Origin: Albugo candida
Lineage: Eukaryota
NCBI GenBank assembly: GCA_040437565.1
Contig: JBDOQK010000012.1
Coordinates: forward strand, 186,001-250,000
Length of the DNA: 64,000 nucleotides
Direction: 5' to 3'
The notes beneath the pieces were generated by a model that was not told where the DNA came from, made no database searches, and worked only from the letters and a program-made list of their open reading frames with translations. This document shows positions 11,201-24,927 of this stretch, one piece after another. How positions within the stretch are numbered: position 1 is the stretch's first letter; every line of letters begins with the position of its first letter. A program made the position numbers and the translations under genes.

Positions 11201-14200
11201 GATCTTTTACAGCATTTTGAAGTTAGTGTCATGCCACAAGTATACAATGTATTTCCTCTTTGTGGTCTCTACAATCAAGACACAGTTATAAAAGCTCGAA
11301 GTGATCACCTGAAGAAATTTGATGGCAGACTTCAGCTCTACATCACATTGAAGATGGACCCGTTAGAAGGTCTGCGGAACACAGATTTCGTTGGTCACGT
11401 CGAAACAAGTTTGCGATTATCCTCAGACGCTGAAGATATGCTTACTTGGATATGTCCATCTATCATCAAAGTTATCTCACGAGATAGTAACACTGAATTC
11501 GCTCGTTCAGCTGTGCAATATTTGAAAGAAGATTCGGAACGAGAGGGCCAAAGTATCATCTTGAAACCTCGTCTTCACATGCAGCTATGTATAAACGAAG
11601 GTCAGCATCTTGGCCCATCGACTACTTTTCGGTATCTCCGTTTGCCAAGACTGATATCCATGTCTCCAATGATCGGATTTGTCACTCCTGGATCCATCAT
11701 CGCCTTGAAATTCCAGGAACCACTTGATCATACAAAAGTGTTTTTCAGATTTACTAAGGAATCATCGACAGCTGATACCACGTGTAGCTTCAGGGACGAG
11801 GAAAATGTAAGAAATGTGCTCGAGTGCCGCACACCGTTCCTGGTTAGTGGACGTCATTGGCTTTCCATCTCCTTGAATGGTCAGGATTTCTCGCTTCTCC
11901 ATTTTTACCGACCGGGAAATAAGGAACTGAAGAGCAACAATGAAGAAGGAATCAATCAGAATACTGACCATGCTTTAGATGCCAAATTGGCACAATTTAT
12001 AGCTTACAAGATACCAATGTATAAGGAAGCCCCAAGCATAAGTAAAAAGATCATAGGTAGCGGTATAGTCGATGGTCAGACGACAATACAGATTCACGGA
12101 AACGAATTTATCTCCAACCATCCCGTTTACGTCCGTTTCTATGCTGCTTTGAGCGAAGACAATACTGTCTGCGGGTCTTGTGAGGCAGTTGAGGCGATAC
12201 TTATTGACAGCAATACGATTGAGTGCAACTCGCCTCCAAGCAGCGTTCCCGGACTAGTGGAAATCTGCATCAGCTACAATTTACAACAATATGCCAGCAC
12301 ATTGCTCTATTTTGAGTATCACTTAGCTCCGGTTTTCAAGAATAGAGGCGAAGAATGCGGAAATGTGAAAGGAGGAACACGAGTCGTTGTCTCAATTGAA
12401 AATGAAAAGGTTGGTCTTCCTGCAAACAAAAGCGTGATATGCCCTGTCTTCCGATTTCAAAGTTGTGGAAATGGAAGGCTGAGTCAAAGTAGCGAGGTCA
12501 CCGCTATGTATGATGCTTCAACACATACAATGTCTTGTGTAGCTCCGACATGGAGAGGGAATGCGCTGGTGCAGATATTTATTTCTCTCACGACTCAACC
12601 TTTCACTAGATTTCTTCATACTGGCATCTATTTTGTCTATTATGATCATCCTGAAGGCTCAATGAAGCTTCTTCCAGCTGCTGGGCCTATAACAGGTGGA
12701 ACCAATGTGCACCTACACTGTGGTCACATTTCTGGTGCGGATGAGTGGGCGGTACAAATTACACCAGATGCTGCAAACGGTAGCATCAATCGTTCTGGCG
12801 GATGTGTTCCCGGAAAGAGAATTCCAACGACTTGCGACGAAATGGGGTTGGTACATTTTGAGACTCCAGCTACACGGAACTCTTATAATGCTCAAATCAG
12901 TCTTCTTGTTCACGGAATCAATATAACCTCTGCACATACGAGATCGTTACGCTTTACATATTTTCTATCTCCTATTGTGCATCAAATCTGGCCTCCATGG
13001 GTTGCGTCCGATACAGCCTTGACTGAAATCGTCCTTTTGGCTGACAACATACGAGACTTTGGCTGTTCCATCTTAGCTCGACTCGAAACGCACGTTGCTG
13101 GAAAAGGTCGTGTTGCTAAGACCTCAATCGGTTTTTGCAAAGATGGGAGGAAGGATGAGATTAGTAATACGCAAAGTATCATTGTACCTGCAGTAGTCGA
13201 TTATGCAACCATCCAAGACGACATCAGACGAGAACGAGGTCGAGCTCTGGTACGCTGTAACGTGTCCGAAATTCAGATTCTTGCTGGGTACTATGAAATC
13301 GAGCTAAGCCTGAATGAACAGCAGTATTCCCAGTCCGCGTATACGAATGCATCTGTTGCAAATTACAGCGGTCTCCCATGTACCTCACCCAATCCATTCC
13401 GTGTGTTTTCGGCTCCTTTCTTTCTCGCAACTCATTTGGGACCTATGGCAGGTGGACCAACAATAACAATCTTTTTCAGCAAACGTGTGGGGCAATTTCT
13501 GGCGAAAGAAAACAAATGTCAGCTTCAATTTCTACCCATTTCAAAATTGAAAGGGGAGAGTTTTAAAGGCTTAGACGAAGAACAAAGTAAACTCGACACT
13601 CCTGTTGCCTTGTATGTGCCGGCCGAAATCGATCACAAAAGTACCCGAATTGTTTGTAAAGCACCGTCCTTCCGAAATAATTGCAAAGTGGAAGTAGATA
13701 TCATCATGTCGTACGCCTCTGTACTATCCGTACTTGCAGCAATCGATCGCCTGCATAAAAATGAGCTTACAGCATCTATAACACTTCCACCACCTGGAAC
13801 AGCATCATGTTCTATTCTTCAAATGTTTGGAAGCAAAGAGAACGACAAATACTGCACATACCAATCTCCTTCGATCAGTGAGATGACACCTTCCTGTGGA
13901 CCGACGAAAGGCAATACGTTGGTTGTGATACAAGGCCATGGAATCATTGATACTGGTCAGGTATTTGTACGATTTCGTTCGAGTAGCAACGAACGTGATT
14001 TGGTTCTAGTTCCAGGAAAGGTTAGCCTTTCGTTTCCTAATGGAGAAACGAGCAAACTACCACTCATTTTATGTGAGACACCGAGCATTTCATGGTCGGA
14101 AATTGGGGCACCTATCACCAACATAGAAAATTCTTACCCACAAGAAGCGCCAATACGCTGCTTGGGGAGAGCTCGGACGCATATGAGCGTTGTACTAGCT

Positions 14201-17200
14201 TCCTGTAGCTTGCAACGACGTAATGAATCTGTCAGTCAGTCTAACAAAGCCGTTCATACTCTGCACTTGACTCGTGCAGATTCAACCCGAAGTACGACTC
14301 ACAAATCAAAAAGTCCTGGATCACCAGTGGCTAAAGATGGCTCAAAATCTGGAGATATCAAAACTAAAACATCTATTCTCCATGATTCGAGTCATCTTGT
14401 TCTCGTAGACTTCACACTCAATGCAGGAGAGCAATTTATCACACATAGTGTTCCCTTTTACTACTACACGGAACCAGAAACCACCAATGTCAAATGGAGT
14501 CCGCGAGAATTTCCGTCCCAAACAACACATCGCTACGGCTCTGTTAATCGAATTTTGACAGTCAAATTCCCACCTCAGTGTTATCCTTCCGCATTGAATG
14601 ACAACTTTGGTGGCCGGATAGCGTTTTGGTTTGATGGTTTATCAGCAAAGATCACCTCAGAATGTTACGATACATCTACAAAACTTCATGACAATGACAT
14701 GAACTGCCATCTTTGCACATTCCAGATCTCTCATCGCAAAGGAAGTTGTACCTCTCCTATCAGATTAGAACCTACGACCACAAGTACTACCCATAAAGCC
14801 ATGGACGCATCCAGCACGAAAGCAAGCTACCGTGAAGGAGGTGCTGATTTGAATACCACAGAATCCCATCGCCCTGATCGTAACAAACCTATCTATTACA
14901 TTGCGGCAAGCTCTTCTCGGGCCCAGGAAATTACATGCAACGTCCCCGAATTTTTCGAGACAGGAAATGTGAGAGTTTTATTCTCATTTAATGCACAGCA
15001 GTTTATCTACTTGGGAGATCTCGGAATTCATCAGCCATTGTATATTGAACAGCACGAAGCTCATCGATATTGCTCATGTCTTGGCTCGGAGCCATTTCGA
15101 CTAAAGAGCTCTATATCGAGTCTACTTTCTTCAATTCCAGCTCATGACATCTCTAACCAGGTATCACTCAGTCGAGAGCGGAACGCAGTGAACAATGTGA
15201 TACGATGTCAGGCAGCAGAGGATACGGTTTTGAAGGAGAAAGAGACTTCTTTTTGGGGGGCAAGAGGCCTTCGTTTGAATACTTGGAGAAAAAGAACCTA
15301 TCAACAGATTCGTGTTCATCTCGCTCTTGCAAAAAGTGAGAATGAGTACGGGAAAGAAAAGTACTACAAAAAGAAAATTATTGTGTCAGTATGTCGCACC
15401 AGCATTGATCATGTCATATCGAGCAAAAGTGTGGATGATGAAGGGGAGTGCGTCTTTGAATCATCCGACTGGACAAAAGAGATCCATTTACATGCTCAAG
15501 TGATTTTGGACGCGGTATCGTCAGAAGCAGCATTTACCGAGTATTCAGCATCGTATGCGGAGTTTTATCGAGATAATCAGCCCCCAGAAAATAGTGAAAA
15601 TGGAATGAGCCACCCAATCGACATTATCTTGCTTCAAAGAACGACACAACACATTTGTCAAGCTACTCAACCCATTCGACCTTCATTATACGTCGCCTTG
15701 AAAGTTTTCTCCACTGAACATGTTTTCTCACAAGTTGATGTTAAACTCATTATTACAAATGAAAAAAGCATTATGCATGAAGATCAATCCAAACGTGCAG
15801 GAAAAACGGACGATTTTATCTGCCAAACAGAGGCTTACAACGATGCAACCCTTAATGTAGTTAAACTTGATGTATCACAGCTCGCATCAAGCCCATTCGT
15901 CATAGGTGTTGCGTTCCGATTTGATAGTTCTCCGTCTGGGTTATGCTCGACCGTGTTCAAAGAAGTCCAAGTGATTGTCTATGATAGTTGTACGACGTTT
16001 GCCTATTTTACTTTGGAAGAAATTCCAACATTGCGTAGTTCTGAAGGTAATGTAGGATCGTGCATTTGGATGGTGGCCAAAGGCTCAGTAGCTGATAAAT
16101 CATCACTGGATCTCCTTAAAATCAATGAATTTGGAAGTTCTTGGAGGAAATGGACCGAAGAAAGCGCACCGAAGAAAACAGGAGAAGTGATTGTGGATTC
16201 TGCGTTACTCAACACCGCATCTAAACCCTCTTGTAAAAAATCGAACGTGCTCGAGTCTATCATGGTTCAATTTTCAGGATCCACTGCCACCGGTAGATTT
16301 TCTATTGAAGTACCTGGGAGGCTGATTTTCCCGGAAAAATTCTCTTTATCAACTCTGATGTCCGAGCAGAACAATAGTGAGACATATAAGATGATTGAGA
16401 TTTCCTGTGTCCCTCCGTCCACTTTATTAGATGGTTATGTGAGCGTGTCGATTATGTTTCAAGGTGTGAGATTTTCCAACACGCTTTTATACCAGTGCTA
16501 CGATCCAAGAAAGTGGGCAATCAAAAATGCTACTCCCTCGCTTATCGTCCATGGATCAACATCATTATTTCGTCTTAAAGGAGGACAGTTTATTGACACT
16601 GGGAAGATATGCGCACGCATTGTGGACTTGAAGGGATCCCAGGTTTTAGATGTACGGGCAGATATGGAGAGAACCTGGAGCATCTATATTCGTTCTGTAA
16701 GTGTTCGGCAAGTTAAAGAGTCCCGTTTATCGAACTGCGGGCTTTCCAAAGATTCGTTGAACTCCNNNNNNNNNNNNNNNNNNNNNNNNNNNNNNNNNNN
16801 NNNNNNNNNNNNNNNNNNNNNNNNNNNNNNNNNNNNNNNNNNNNNNNNNNNNNNNNNNNNNNNNNGAAGTGATTGTGGATTCTGCGTTACTCAACACCGC
16901 ATCTAAACCCTCTTGTAAAAAATCGAACGTGCTCGAGTCTATCATGGTTCAATTTTCAGGATCCACTGCCACCGGTAGATTTTCTATTGAAGTACCTGGG
17001 AGGCTGATTTTCCCGGAAAAATTCTCTTTATCAACTCTGATGTCCGAGCAGAACAATAGTGAGACATATAAGATGATTGAGATTTCCTGTGTCCCTCCGT
17101 CCACTTTATTAGATGGTTATGTGAGCGTGTCGATTATGTTTCAAGGTGTGAGATTTTCCAACACGCTTTTATACCAGTGCTACGATCCAAGAAAGTGGGC

Positions 17201-20200
17201 AATCAAAAATGCTACTCCCTCGCTTATCGTCCATGGATCAACATCATTATTTCGTCTTAAAGGAGGACAGTTTATTGACACTGGGAAGATATGCGCACGC
17301 ATTGTGGACTTGAAGGGATCCCAGGTTTTAGATGTACGGGCAGATATGGAGAGAACCTGGAGCATCTATATTCGTTCTGTAAGTGTTCGGCAAGTTAAAG
17401 AGTCCCGTTTATCGAACTGCGGGCTTTCCAAAGATTCGTTGAACTCCACCAGTGATGTAAGTGGAGCTACTTTGGCTGACACCAGGCCATCCAGCGCACG
17501 TCCTGCGACCACATACACCAAAAATATAGACACTCGTCGTCTCGAGCTTCTCTTGTCGATAACGTATGGTAATTGCAAGGTTGTTAGCAGTAGCGTACGG
17601 GAGGTTAACCTTTCTATGGGAGGATCCAATATTGACCTGATTACCCCGGCACTATTATGGGATGAGTCATTTGAGCTTCAAGCAGAAAATCAAGATCAAT
17701 CTCTCATCATCTCTTTGAGGGTCAAGGAGCGATCGGACAACTCTGGCCCAAACAATGGAGCAATTTCGGAACTGGTGAGAAGTGTTTTATCGATAAAGGA
17801 TCTCGCAAGTAATGAGCTCTATCAGAAAAGCGTTCCTATGCAGCAAGTTTTCAAGCCGTCTCTATCTTTATCAAACACACAGAAGTATTGGACGAGCTCA
17901 TTGGAACTCGACCTCGCTGTGCAAGTCTCAGTTCCTGTGCTAAATACAAACTGTCTAAGCTGTCGACCAGATTTTAGATCATCACCGATCAATTCCATGT
18001 CCGATTTTAACGAGCCTTATCCGCTGTACATACAAATTTTTGGAGAAAATGACTACTTGATGTGTGCTGATACGAGAAACGTCCAAGTGCGTGGACTCGA
18101 TACAGATAGCCCAGATAATGACTATGCAGTTGCACAGGGCTTCACTGTTTATCTATACCGATTTCCAGTGATTTATGAGACCATTCCGTGTGTCTTACCC
18201 AGGTCAACTGGAGGGCACATTCGTATTCGAGGCTCTAATTTTATGTTACCGGCTCAAGAAAACGTAGTCATTCGATTATTTGGATGCAAATCAACGCCAG
18301 AGAATGAACACGACTTGTTGTACCCTACTTCTCTGCTGGAAAGTATCAATGTGCTCTCTCAACCACATGATGGAACGAACGAGTTTCTTATCTTTGACAT
18401 AAAGGGGGTCGTTTCGACATTAACCGAACTCACGTGCGAAATTCCAGCTTTTTTAAGCAGCTTCCGCGTGTTTTTTAGGGTGTCTTTGGATGGTGGCATC
18501 ACTTTTTCTCAGGCTACAAAAGCTACGCAATTACTTTTGTTTAGCGTCGACAAAGTTGAGCCTTGCGCTGGACCAAACACAGGCAAAACTTATGCTGCCC
18601 TATGCGGTACAAATATCAATGCTTGTCTGTCGTTCCTGTCAACCTGGATTCGAAAAGCTCACGTGCGATTGAAATGGATGAAAAATGGTCGAGAACTTGA
18701 GCGTAAAATCATCACTGCGGAGCATTATTCTCCAGAAGATATTGTCTACTTTCACACACCACAAAGTCCTTTTCGGCTGGAGAATTTGTCTCTCCAGATT
18801 GAGCTTTGCCTAGGCGGTGTGCCTCAACCAACAACGAAGCGGGACCTTATACTGGACATTGACAGTAGCGATGAGATACGAAAAACTGAGCAAACTCCAT
18901 GTACATTTAGCCTCGACGGTGCTTTATTCTACACGTACCGATCTCCAACTATTAAATCCATAACGCCGGTAGCAAACTTACTTCCCGGGATCACAGGTCT
19001 CGAAATGGTTCTACAAGGAATCGATGAGATTGGAGTTTCACGTCTTAGTCATCTATTTCGCGCGCGATTTTGTTGTCGAGGGCAGATGCAAACTTCAGGT
19101 CTGGCTCTACATAACGGAGGGAGGATGACTACTATTTTACCTCGGTTCAATGTGCGCAATGCCACGTCAGTCGAACTCGTACCAGAAACAAGCAAGCAAA
19201 AGTCAGTCAACAGAGTCCTGCGTCGTGAGACCAAGTCTGAGCATTGCGGAATTATCTCTGAGAATGATTATCGAGTCCAAATGTATCGAGTAAATTCAAC
19301 GTTGCGCAAACCGCAACGTCTTAAAGCTGATTATATGAAACGATCTGAAAATTTTCCACCGACAAAATCCTTGACTTTATGGACAAGGAAATCAGGACTC
19401 GTGGTTTGCGTGGTACGAGGTCATAAATTTCGGCCATCCGAAAAAGGAACATGCAATTCGTTTGTTATCATCAATTGCGGAAAAAAGGAGCAGCTTCGCA
19501 CAACAAGAAGAGATGGTTCCTTCGACCCGGTATGGAACGAGGTACTGGAATTCGACGCTGCATGCTTGGATACCTCTCAAGACATTGCGAAGGACGGAAC
19601 TCCGATGCAAGAGGTGATGTTATATATCTCAATCTACAACCAGGTGAATGACCAGCATTGCGAGACGCTCGGCTCTATAGATCTTCTACTGTCACGTGTC
19701 AGCGGTGAGAGTTTTACTTTTCGTGGATCTTTTTCTATCCATCGTTCATCTTCCAAATATCAGATTCAAAAGATCAATGATTTATCTACATCGAATGTAC
19801 CGAGTGGAGTGACACCATATGCGTCACAACATTATGGAATGCTAGAACTTTCGATTATCTTTGTGCCCCAAGCTCGATCCAGAAGCTCTTATGCAGGGAT
19901 GATGCAATTAGCGGCTTCAAAAACGCTCTCTTCTGCCGTAAGATCGCGCACCAGATCTTCATCCACATTTCTGAAGCGAGATTCCGAAAATCATGGTGCG
20001 ACTTCAAGATCAAATGATCAGATTATCTCAACACGCACACAGACAGGGGGCAACAAGAACAGAAAGAAATCAGATAAAGGCTCCGACAATGAACGATTAG
20101 CTCGTATTTTCACTTCCAATCTATCAAACTTCTCAGCAACGATACCGACTGAGATATCCGCCGAGATGGCGCTGAATGGGCAAGATTTTAGCTCTGTAGC

Positions 20201-23200
20201 ACCGATACAATGCTATATGGTACCGCCACCTTTGATAGTCGGAATAGAGCCTAGCCTGATCTCCATAAATGGAGGCACAACATTGACTATCACTGGAATG
20301 AATTTTGTTGCGACTGGAAACATCAAAGTCGCATTCAGTCTGCTGAATTCTGGGCCAAGTAGTCTGGATTGCGTTGCCATCGTAAATGCAAAATTGCGGT
20401 CAAATACTGTAATCACATGCGTGACTCCTTCCTTTACCGACAGGACATATAAACGTATGATCATATACCTGTATATATCTTTAAATGGATTTGATTTTGA
20501 TAGCATCAAACTTCCAAGAAATTCGTTTCCTTCCTCGAATCTCGTGCAGGCACACGACCACAACATTAATCAGCATGATTCGGGGCAGAAGAAGAGCGTT
20601 AGTAGAATAGAAGCATCGCCGGTATCATGGGATGATGGGCGATATGGACGCTACAGATATACATTAGACACTCAAGCCTTGCATTGGAAAAAAGACTTAA
20701 GCTGCTGGGGTGACAATACAAAGGAGAGTAATGCCCCTATACTCCAGCAACAACTTGTTATTTATCCGAGACCAGAAATCGATATCATTCAGTACGTTGA
20801 TTGTCCAGATGATTTAACTTTACGAATGACAGGAAGGAATTTTATTGATTCCGCTTCTGCAGTTGGTACGTTGAATTTGTGTTTCAATTACACTTTGATA
20901 TCTAAAGATCAGTTTCTGTAGCAATTTTCACACTTACTGACAATCCAAAAGCCCAACATAGCACTTGTCTCCAAATCAAATCAGAAGTAAAAATGGAATG
21001 TCAACTCCCCGAGAGTATAAGACACGGAATCACCGTCTATGTGAAGATCTCTTTCAATGGCCAAGAATTTATTTCGTATGAAAAACCTCTCGTTGCACAG
21101 CATCGAACACGAATACTCCGACTCATTCCTTCCTGGATTTCGCTCAAGTCTCTTATGAGCTCAGAAGAAAGCGATACGGAGAAGATTTGCCTCAGATTGC
21201 CTGGAATCAACATATGCTCACCAGAACCCAGTTTGAAGCCTACTACAGCTGTGGTATCATTTCAAATGGATGGAAAAATATTCTATTCCGTGGCAACATT
21301 GTCGGATAATGAGGTGCAGTGCTTCTTACCGTTCGAGGTAATCCGCTTTGCAAAAATAGCATTCCAACGCGGCATCACCGAATCTATGGTTGATGAGGCT
21401 TCTTTTGCAATCTCAGCTTTGGTTGACTTCTCCCCAGATGGCCAAATTGTACGTTATTTGGGTTCATTCGATGCTTCAATGTGATATGATAACGTACGCT
21501 CTCATCAATAGTTCATAGGAAAGCCACTGATTCTCAGCATACACAAGGAACCACCAATTGTTTCCGGTATCACTCCTTCAAATGGACCAATCTATGGGGG
21601 ATCAACTGTGACCATTGACGGCAAAGGCTTTATCAATACTGGAGAGATATCTGTCCGATTCTCGCTACTACAATCAGTACCAAACGTTGATCCAGATGAG
21701 AAGAAAGACGATCGAAGAAACGCTCCTATCAGCCCACGAGAAGCTTGTCTTGACATGAGGATAGTTACGAGCGTCACGAGAAAAGCGGTCAAAGTGTTTT
21801 CATCAAAAAAACAGCGATTCGGGAATAGTCGAAAGCCTATCCAGACTGAGAAAGAAAATGCGTCCGAGTTCGCCAACAAGAAGACATCTTCGATCGTGAA
21901 GAAGACAGATAGCGTATCATATCTCGCTCGTTTCGTCTCAAACACCTGCATAACTTGCACAACATCGTCGTTTGCGTCGGAAGGAATCTATCAAGTCTCG
22001 GTTACGCTTAATGATCTCGAATATTCCGAAGTAAATTTCTCGTCTAGATTTCTTGTTTGGCAAAGCTGGCAACGGAAGCGCCAAATGCTCGCAAGCATGA
22101 TTGCGAATGACGCTGCAACAACCCTTTTGAGCAAACTCGGCGCAAATCTTGGCTTCGCTGAAGCGCATCGTGACCACTCTATAGAAATGTCACCACGTAG
22201 AAGCGTGCTACAGAACCTGGAGCAAAGTGTGACCAACAAAGTGATTTTTGACGAAAAAAAGCTTGCAGACCTATTGAAAGAAGTCACTGCATTATGCGAA
22301 AATGATGTCCATACTCAGTATCCTGTGGAAATCGAAACGGATCTTGCTGAGTACGTGTTTTTAGTAATCTACAGCATCTGCTGATCTCGATCTTGGTAGA
22401 ACCCACGGATCTGTAATGAAAGTCATGCAAACGTTTTTGGAATCTTTGGTAGTGCATATGCATACTGAAGAGCCTCTGGATACTTTTGTTGCCTCGAACA
22501 TAGATTTATTACGTGATTTATTCGAGAAGATATATCAAGATTTGTCTCAAGATGCGTTCATCAAGGTCATGCGTCATTACTTCCCAAGAAGCTCGACGAT
22601 GGCACTGNNNNNNNNNNNNNNNNNNNNNNNNNNNNNNNNNNNNNNNNNNNNNNNNNNNNNNNNNNNNNNNNNNNNNNNNNNNNNNNNNNNNNNNNNNNNN
22701 NNNNNNNTGCGTCATTACTTCCCAAGAAGCTCGACGATGGCACTGGATAAACTGTGGCAGTTTATTGAGCAGCACCAGACACAAAAGACGGGGAATGAAG
22801 ATCAGAGTCGTTCTAAAAGGAAGAATACGATCCTTTATATAGACAAAACATGCGCTGAAAGCGCTCAATCAGAACGAAACGAACCGGGACCGGCATCCTA
22901 CGATCCTTCTTATGCGAATGTTGAGATTCGCAATCCATCTGCTTTGATTTTGCCTAAAGCTATAGCAAACGCCGTTCCGCCCACATCCCCGCCTAGAGAG
23001 ACCATCGACCATGAAAACGCCGTTCAGTTTATCAAACCCAGAATACCACAAATTTTCATCAGCAAGCGTAACTATCTCACATCTTGGTGCAATCCACTAC
23101 CAAAGTCTTGGAACGATCTAGAAAATGGTATGATACTTCGAACGAATAAACAATCTGCTGCAAAAGTTCAAGCGAGTCACATGTCTCTCACGGTTTCGTC

Positions 23201-23453
23201 AGCAAAGAAAATTCGATGTCCCGAAAGACCTTTGCAATCGGATCAGAATGTTTCGCGCTCGAACCGCGGGACTGCAGCGGGACGGAATATAGTGAGTAAA
23301 GCTGTTGACAGAATCGCACAAGCGGAGTTTTCGAAAGGAGAAGACATCGGTGACATCAAAAAGACTCTGGTAGAAAAATGTGAGTCACGTCCCCCGGATG
23401 CACCATTTTTACAAGACATCGCACCAATGTACACAAGACTTTTGAAACGATGA
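8231..23453 (+). CDS. Giant (~4,744 aa after collapsing gap duplications) IPT/TIG-repeat protein with C2 domains, 4 exons
   Basis: Exons 8231-20865, 20922-21448, 21512-22350 and 22400-23453 join in frame through GT-AG introns of 56, 63 and 49 nt. About 20-25 repeats of the form P..G...GGT.v.I.G..F...C..P...vS.NG..f. C2 motif 'VVRGHKF...CNSFVIINCG...RTT...DPVWNEVLEF'. Confidence 0.8.
16184..17447. other. Assembly gap (100 N, 16766-16865) with 582-bp duplicated overlap
   Basis: 16184-16765 is repeated at 16866-17447. Confidence 0.95.
22570..22745. other. Assembly gap (100 N, 22608-22707) with 38-bp duplicated overlap
   Basis: 22570-22607 is repeated at 22708-22745. Confidence 0.95.
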
Positions 23454-23542
23454 AAATAGGGTCTGCTCGACGATCGTAGGATCAAATTTAGATGATCTGT
23501 ACTATGAAAAAGTGCTTATGTAAAAACTCTAGTACAAATGTA

Positions 23543-24731
23543 TTAATTCTTGATTCTGAAGTGATCAATTAGATCTTGAGTATTTATGGCGCCAATGGCC
23601 CGATCATCAAAAAACATGAATACGTGTGTCCACTCCTTCGCCGAGAGTTCTGTAGATGAAGAGCCATGGCTTTTGAGTCCGGTACAATTGAGCTTGAGAA
23701 AAGTAGCATGATCTATGTATCCATTCGGAAGCGTTGTACCTTCTACTTTTTCAAAACGTTCAATCCATTCTTGCTTGCGACCCGCGCTCTGATTGAGCCA
23801 GACATCTAGTTTTTGCAGTGCTGACCTTTGATGTATTGACATTCCGTTTCGCTCGTCACGATTGCTACCTGGCTCCATTGCTTCGCCATGAGCTTTACTA
23901 GCATCTCGTATGTCGTTTGTGAAGCGAGTGCTCCTGGCAAATGGATTGCTCGAATCTGACCCGGACATCGGATAGCCAAGACTTTTTCCCGTTTGGATGG
24001 CATGTGAATAGCGAGTTAGCGTCGGACCGTCTCCATATACTGATTTCGAGTTTCTTGTAACGTCAAGCTTCATTCTATCGATGCTGTCAGCCTCTCCGAT
24101 TGTCATATCCGGAGGAAATTCGTTAACGTATTTTTTGACAAAAGTAGCGTTGCTTGCCGCAATAGCCCCATTTCGGCCACGTTGCGTTCGCTTTCCTACG
24201 AGGTATTTCGTGTCGTGTGCTTTGTATGTTTCAATTGCATGAGATTGCTTTCTAAACGTTGATATTTGCTGTTCCCACTGGTTATCTTTCTCGGCTTCTT
24301 CCCTATCGATCATCTGCTGCGCTTGGGTAAGCAGCTCTTGATCTCGGATTGCTGTGCGGGGTCCATTGACGTAAGGCTTGGCGATTAGAGATTCATCATT
24401 TCGCAGCGCATTTTGTGTGGTGCTAGTCAAGAGCTCATTCCACTTACTGACAGCTTTTCCGAGGACACGATCTCGCGTTGACTCCAGTATACTATTCGTA
24501 TCTACAAGGTCTCAGCACAAAAGTCAGAAACTTGCTGTCGTTCAATCAGGCGGGAGAATCACTACGAGCTATCGTGTCTGGAAATAAAGTGGTATTTGCA
24601 TCAAAGTGGTGAGGCTGCGGTACTTGACGTCTTGTGTGGCCCGTTGTATCTCTGAGCGCATTTTCCTCAATCCAATTGCCTATTAGGGTATCTGTAGCAT
24701 TGCTTTTATTATACGACGCATTGTTCTTCAT
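23543..24731 (-). CDS. NWE-motif ciliary microtubule inner protein (SPAG8/FAP143-like) with a C-terminal EF-hand-like region, spliced
   Basis: N-terminal 'TLIGNWIEENALR' (NWE-type motif), internal 'NPFARSTRFTNDI', and EF-hand-like ends 'GYIDHATF' and 'FDDRAIGAINTQDL'. Confidence 0.6.
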
Positions 24732-24927
24732 GGTCGCCTACTATAGTATTTTGAGACTTGCCTGATGAAATCTATTATATTTAGTTTTTTTGTACGCAAG
24801 GTGTACTTCCAGTGCACATTGCAATACGGCGTCAGTTATCCAGGCGTTAGCTCATACCGGACAATCAAGTAGACTTGATACATCGGAGATGAGGTCGTCA
24901 TTTTCGAGCAGATAATTAGGCCTTTGT

